Source of the DNA: Candidatus Saccharimonadota bacterium
Lineage (GTDB): Bacteria; Patescibacteriota; Saccharimonadia; Saccharimonadales; SLHW01
Assembly (NCBI GenBank): GCA_050486305.1
Contig: JBJHDA010000001.1
Span: forward strand, 563,071-627,070
Reading direction: 5' to 3'
DNA: 64,000 nt
Both the position numbers and the translations under genes were made by a program. Positions 60,133 to 64,000 of this stretch are shown piece by piece. The notes under the pieces were generated by a model. The model saw nothing but the letters and a program-made list of their open reading frames with translations, had not been told where the DNA came from and made no database searches. Within the stretch, counting starts at the first letter, position 1, and the number at the start of each line of letters is the position of its first letter.

Positions 60133-60288
60133 TTCGTGACCTCACAGGGAAAGCGCTCCGGCTCCCGCGCGGCGCTATTTCCGCTCAACCATGCTCGAAT
60201 TAAACTTTTGTTCATGCCTTCGCTTCACGAACCCCCGATTACCATTGCTTACGTAGTGATGGCAATCGATGTTCAGTTCCCCGTGGCC
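60133..60288 (-). pseudogene. decayed copy of tRNA-Glu (3' half recognisable, interrupted in the T-loop)
   Basis: tcGTGACCTCACaGGGaA (60133-60152) and CGAACCCcCGATTACCA (60228-60244) are collinear with 63155-63189 of the intact tRNA. About 75 nt of unrelated sequence separates them. The 5' half is not recognisable apart from a terminal GGCC. Confidence 0.5.
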
Positions 60289-60328
60289 AATGAAAAAAGA
60301 CCAACAAGCGCTGATCTTTTTTCATTGG
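60287..60328. other. 14-bp perfect hairpin (CCAATGAAAAAAGA / TCTTTTTTCATTGG, 14-nt loop)
   Basis: Read directly from the sequence. Lies between the tRNA relic and the cassette's last gene. Confidence 0.8.
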
Positions 60329-60471
60329 TGAACTACCTGAAATCGAAAAGAAACAAAATCTGTAGCAAATTACTTGAAGTGTATGGCTATATGGGAGCGA
60401 TAACAGCAGCAGTTAACATTCTCCCCGAGAGTAGGACTTATAGCTAATTCTACCTGTAGGGCTTACTGCTG

Positions 60472-61227
60472 CTAAATACCCGCTGTTAGCAACTTCTCAG
60501 CCTCAGCTACGCCAAGAGCTGACAAGGTAACTATGCCGGTAGAGGTATCGTACTCCCAAAGGCGTTGTTTGTGACCGGGCTTCAAGACTTTGGACTTGTA
60601 GACACTAAAGTTACTATATTCGACCCATGAAAAAAGCTCTTCGTCTCTGGCTTCTGAGGTAGGGTGCAACAGCACCAATGTCTGTTCCGACTTGCTCAGT
60701 GACGTCTTTAGCACGCGTTTTTTGCCATTTATGTTCCAAATCATGGGCGTTTCTCGCTCGGTAATCAATTCAACAGCACCCTGAGCTTCGTCAGTAGTAA
60801 CGCTGTGAAAGAGCCTGATAAGCTCACTCAGTAGCCACTTAGCCGTATTGATGACAAAGGTGGCGTCCATGTGATTTGGGTCAACGTCACCACCGACATG
60901 ACCAGCCCCTCGATTGTTCCTGACGTCATACAAAGCAATCAATATACGAGGTATCAGAATACGCACTGTATGCTCAAAGGTTTTCGGAGCTTTTTCGAGA
61001 GCCCGACAATCATCAACCATATTGGCTGGCTTGGAAGAATGGGCTGGGTATGTACCTCTGACGAAACCATCAAGAACGGAGTAGACGATTTCACATAGCT
61101 TACCGCCGCTCATCTCTGATGGCTCCCACTTAGATTCCCGGTAGCCCTTAATCAATTTGTTGTATTCATCGATTAGCTCTTTACGCAGAGTATCCGGCAG
61201 TGCGCCGAGCAGTTCCTCTTTATGCAT
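60472..61227 (-). CDS. HEPN-like (RNNRGAGH) N-domain + winged-helix-like C-domain protein (251 aa)
   Basis: TAATG overlap with the upstream gene. YDVRNNRGAGHVGGDVDPNHMDATFVINTAKWLLSEL resembles the R-N-x..H helix of Abi-type HEPN domains. The C-terminal part (LVLLHP...GIVTLSALGVAEAEKLL) looks wHTH-like. Confidence 0.6.
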   Translation of the reverse strand: MHKEELLGALPDTLRKELIDEYNKLIKGYRESKWEPSEMSGGKLCEIVYSVLDGFVRGTYPAHSSKPANMVDDCRALEKAPKTFEHTVRILIPRILIALYDVRNNRGAGHVGGDVDPNHMDATFVINTAKWLLSELIRLFHSVTTDEAQGAVELITERETPMIWNINGKKRVLKTSLSKSEQTLVLLHPTSEARDEELFSWVEYSNFSVYKSKVLKPGHKQRLWEYDTSTGIVTLSALGVAEAEKLLTAGI

Positions 61228-61784
61228 TACGCCTGACCCAGCATGGCTTTCGCCTTTTTTACACCTTCGCTTGTCAATTTAAGAATCTTGCTGCCTTTAC
61301 CACTGCTGCTGGATTTTTTTGATACTTGAACCACTAAGGCCGGCTTTTCCCCGGAAAGTACTCTAACCGGCGCGGTAATTGCTGCAATCCGATTACCGGT
61401 GTCCTTAAGAAGTTTGTTGACTTCGAATGACTTCCATGTTGGCTTATCGTTCACACCCTGTAACCAATATGCAGCAACCAGGAAACGCTCTGTATCCTTG
61501 CTTGCGCCGCTGGCATCGAGCATTTCAGCAAAGGTAGCGAATGGCTGCCCTTCATCGAGATCTTGACCAGCACCTTCCTCAGCATCGGCAACAACATTAG
61601 CATCAATAGTACCGACTTGCTCGCTGGCCACACGGGCTGCTGGGCCGGCCAGTTTCAGGGGTGCTGAATTTTGCAGATACTTATTTGCTGCCCACTGCAT
61701 GACACGGTATCGCTCCTCTTCTGACAGACCCTTAAGAGCAGTATTAACATTCGACATGGCCTGTAGCTCTCGGTCTTCCTCCAT
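61227..61784 (-). CDS. hypothetical protein (185 aa), C-terminal winged-helix-like domain
   Basis: AAGGAG RBS and a 2-nt gap to the upstream stop. TERFLVAAYWLQ...LKLTSEGVKKAKAML parallels the upstream protein. Confidence 0.6.
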   Translation of the reverse strand: MEEDRELQAMSNVNTALKGLSEEERYRVMQWAANKYLQNSAPLKLAGPAARVASEQVGTIDANVVADAEEGAGQDLDEGQPFATFAEMLDASGASKDTERFLVAAYWLQGVNDKPTWKSFEVNKLLKDTGNRIAAITAPVRVLSGEKPALVVQVSKKSSSSGKGSKILKLTSEGVKKAKAMLGQA

Positions 61785-61786
61785 GA

Positions 61787-62338
61787 TTATTTGACTCCTT
61801 TGGTCGGTGTTGGTGCAGGTAGGTCATGTTCCACAAACGTCTCACCGTAAGAAGTTATGAAGTAGCGACCGTTGTCATTTGATTCGAAGTAGCTCTTCTT
61901 TGACTTGCCGTCTCGGAAGGTCTGAATAAGATTTTTGGGTTGGCGCAGACCAAGAACCTTATATAAACTCCACATCTCGTCAACGGATGCGTCAGGCATA
62001 TCCTTGTTGTTCCGTAGCCATAGTGTCAGTACAGCAAAAGTTTCGATGTGCGTTACTGGTTTCTTCTCTTCAAAATAACCACGAAGGCCATCCACTTCTT
62101 CCTTGCTGGACAACAGGTTGGCCAGCATTTTTGGTTGTGTTACAGACGATCGCTTAGGTGCTGATGTCCGCTTCCTTGTCTTGGCTGTTCCGACAGGTGT
62201 CGTATCAGGTGCTGGCGCTGCCTCGACACTTGGCATTGTGGCTGAAATCGACAGTACAGCAGCAATTTGCTTTTCTACAGCACCGTCATCGCCCTCGAAT
62301 TCAAACGTGCCCGCGTTAGTGGTGATTTTTGCTTTCAT
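61787..62338 (-). CDS. hypothetical protein (183 aa), C-terminal winged-helix-like domain
   Basis: GAGGAG lies 7 nt before the ATG. ETFAVLTLWLRN...YFITSYGETFVEHDL. An AT-rich 400-bp region lies upstream. Confidence 0.6.
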   Translation of the reverse strand: MKAKITTNAGTFEFEGDDGAVEKQIAAVLSISATMPSVEAAPAPDTTPVGTAKTRKRTSAPKRSSVTQPKMLANLLSSKEEVDGLRGYFEEKKPVTHIETFAVLTLWLRNNKDMPDASVDEMWSLYKVLGLRQPKNLIQTFRDGKSKKSYFESNDNGRYFITSYGETFVEHDLPAPTPTKGVK

Positions 62339-62735
62339 TTACTTCTCCTCGTTAACTTTTATACCCCAAGGCTTAAAATTAAGTGTACTCTTGAAAAAAT
62401 GGTTATGTCAAGCTAAGCGGATAAATTCTTACGATTTACAGGGGATTCTGTATTTACTCGCTATTTTTTTGCGATTACTATTATGCTTATGTTTGCATTA
62501 GATATGTATTTATTGCCTAGAGTATTTACGGTAAATTATACAATATAACTCCTAGGATTATGCTCGCACAGTGTCTATTAACAATTATTCTTCATTAAAA
62601 ATACGTATAGTAGCTTGCTAATAGATATGTTGATGACATAGTGACGAAGGATAATTAGTTACAACATGTTTTACTGATATAGATAAATAATTTTTATAGC
62701 CTATTTTCTCTATAACTCTGTGGTGCATATTTTGA

Positions 62736-63074
62736 TATAATAGCCGGTACGGATGTAAAACGTGGCTTGAGTTATTAGAAATTTTTGACATAGCGCAGAT
62801 TGACTATAATTTACGATCTGAGTCGAACGCACAGAAAATATGGAGCAACGCCTCTATTGAGCACCAGATCATCTGCCATCGTTTAGTATTTCCGGAGGGC
62901 ATGAAGTATGACCTCGAGAAAACGGATTTAGCACACTTAAATCAAGCACTGGTCATCCTCGGAACAAGATTCCTGCTGGTGACTTCGTTGGCGCCCGAAC
63001 CGCCGTCCGGGGCTCGATTCATCCGCCTGTGGCGAATTATCAATGAAAAAGCCCATCTTACGATGGGCACCTGA
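62736..63074 (+). pseudogene. start-less 112-codon open frame, possible recombinase/integrase 3' relic
   Basis: The frame is open from the TGA at 62733 to the TGA at 63072. The only start codon in it is the ATG at 62901, 55 codons in. Translation reads ...WLELLEIFDIAQIDYNLRSESNAQKIWSNASIEHQIICHRLVFPEGMKYDLEKTDLAHLNQALVILG... Family assignment is from memory only. Confidence 0.3.
63046..63068 (-). terminator. intrinsic terminator (minus strand)
   Basis: On the minus strand: GCCCATC-GTAA-GATGGGC followed by TTTTT. Confidence 0.6.
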
Positions 63075-63110
63075 CGGGGAATATCTCCCGTTGGTCGATG
63101 CGCCTGCGAG

Positions 63111-63162
63111 GGTCACCAAGAAAAATACCCCAACAGAAGCTGGGGTATTTTTCTTGGTGACC
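63111..63162. repeat. perfect 22-bp inverted repeat with 8-nt loop, including the last 8 nt of tRNA-Glu
   Basis: GGTCACCAAGAAAAATACCCCA-acagaagc-TGGGGTATTTTTCTTGGTGACC. Its core (AAAAATACCCCA...TGGGGTATTTTT) looks like a bidirectional terminator. Confidence 0.85.
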
Positions 63163-63229
63163 TCACGGGGAATCGAACCCCGATTACCAGGATGAAAACC
63201 TGGCGTCCTAGCCGTTAGACGATGAGGCC
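63155..63229 (-). tRNA. tRNA-Glu (anticodon UUC), CCA encoded
   Basis: Manual fold: acceptor GGCCTCA/TGAGGTC; D-arm GTCT-AACGGCTA-GGAC; anticodon arm CCAGG-TTTTCAT-CCTGG; T-arm CGGGG-TTCGATT-CCCCG; then ACCA. Closely parallels E. coli tRNA-Glu. Confidence 0.95.
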
Positions 63230-63352
63230 GCATTAACAGTGTTGGCGAACTGGGAAATTGTAACATAAACAGGTGTATTTTGCGAAAAAAAATGCACGGA
63301 ATAACTGTAGATTATCCCGTGCAGTATAACTCCCGCTTCTAAACGCTGACTT

Positions 63353-64000
63353 TTAGGTTAAATATCCTCCTTTATACGCAGTGAATATGCGGTGGCTGAC
63401 AGTTCCTGCCAATGCGGTGACTAAGAACATACCAAGCAGGCTTCCCGCAGCTGATACCTGTGTTGTCGCACCGGCTTCCGGCAATGCTTCTACTTCTCGT
63501 TCTACCTCTCGCGAGACTGGCTTCTCAACCACGACCTCTTTTTTGACTGGTTTTTCGACTACCTTCTCTACCGGTTTTTCTACGATAACCTCTTTTTCTA
63601 CTATCTTCTCGACCGGCTTCTCTACGATCACCTCCTTCTCGACTACCTTTTCAACCTCTTTCTCAACCACCTTTACTTTCACCGGCTTAGCAATGACCGG
63701 GTTTCCGCAATTTTTCAGCACGGCATACATGTATTCACCCTTGTCATCAAATTTTACAAGTGCGGAAATTCTCTCTACTCCCTGGCTAAAGCGTACATCT
63801 GTCCGATGCATAAAGGCTCCTGTGTCCCCAAGCGGCTTTGAGTTGCGGAAATTCAACCGCCCGGTACTCTGAGCATCCGTTGCCACAGTTTCACCTCCGA
63901 CAACCACTCTTCCGTTCCGGTAGACGTGACCGGACTTCATGTTACGAAAATCGTTTGCCTTATCTACGCCGATTGCTTCCTTAAAAATTGCTCGGATGTT
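63353..64000 (-). CDS. surface protein, 5'-partial: tandem VEKEV/VEKPV repeats and an LPEAG + hydrophobic C-terminal sorting-like signal
   Basis: The frame stays open to the window end (upstream of the track ATG it reads NIRAIFKEAIGVDKANDFRN). Repeats read (V)EKEVIVEKPVEKxVEK. The C-terminus is LPEAGATTQVSAAGSLLGMFLVTALAGTV. Confidence 0.7.
   Translation of the reverse strand, partial: NIRAIFKEAIGVDKANDFRNMKSGHVYRNGRVVVGGETVATDAQSTGRLNFRNSKPLGDTGAFMHRTDVRFSQGVERISALVKFDDKGEYMYAVLKNCGNPVIAKPVKVKVVEKEVEKVVEKEVIVEKPVEKIVEKEVIVEKPVEKVVEKPVKKEVVVEKPVSREVEREVEALPEAGATTQVSAAGSLLGMFLVTALAGTVSHRIFTAYKGGYLT

Noticed and set aside
60136-60175. AGGGAAAGCGCTCCGGCTCC resembles the RNase P RNA P4 element GAGGAAAGTCCGGGCTCC.
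   Set aside because: None of the other universally conserved RNase P RNA blocks is visible within 400 nt on either strand. The segment is better explained as the tRNA relic plus an inserted GC-rich hairpin.
60136-60447. 103-aa plus-strand ORF (GTG start) after the PIG-L gene.
   Set aside because: It spans the decayed tRNA-Glu copy and a 14-bp perfect hairpin. It has no RBS and an implausible sequence. I treat it as non-coding.
62937-63266. 109-aa minus-strand ORF.
   Set aside because: It runs straight through tRNA-Glu and two terminator hairpins, so it cannot be a real CDS.
63540-63680. Short tandem DNA repeats that could suggest a CRISPR or VNTR array.
   Set aside because: The periodicity is 12-24 nt with no unique spacers, and it lies in-frame inside a CDS encoding VEKEV/VEKPV peptide repeats.

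Overview
This 64-kb window is a compact bacterial chromosome segment, about 90% coding and almost entirely on the minus strand, with many ATGA/GTGA start-stop overlaps. TGA behaves as a stop, so the standard code 11 applies.

Housekeeping genes include uvrA (partial), sbcB, obg, mltG, ruvX, ftsA-like, alaS, mnmA and an F1Fo-type ATPase operon. Also present are a cysteine desulfurase, tatD, metG, rdgB, rsmA, pcrA and tpiA-pgk-pyk. RNA genes are a tmRNA (48179-48560) and tRNA-Glu(UUC) (63155-63229).

Several features point to a reduced-genome, Gram-positive-type bacterium such as Patescibacteria/Saccharibacteria. These are the envelope genes (LysM-CHAP hydrolase, RpfB-like, sortase-like signal), alaS-ruvX-mltG synteny and generally minimal domain architectures. 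This placement is inference only.

Main observations:
1. A roughly 3-kb islet lies between intact tRNA-Glu and a decayed co-oriented copy of its 3' half. It carries a tightly coupled three-gene cassette (two winged-helix-like paralogs plus a HEPN-like protein) and a start-less recombinase-like relic.
2. The ATPase operon has no a or c subunit gene in the usual slot. That slot holds a secreted-domain protein ending in a c-subunit-like hairpin with no carboxylate.
3. A six-gene surface cluster (17.2-23.6 kb) has three paralogous secreted proteins and a CscA/DUF916-like anchor.
4. Two further 3'-end duplications exist: one at alaS, and one at ssrA that brackets a GIY-YIG mini-cassette.
5. A conserved AAAAATAC...GTATTTTT palindrome family punctuates a compositionally mosaic accessory stretch (34-49 kb).

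All family calls come from motif reading by eye. No database search was possible.
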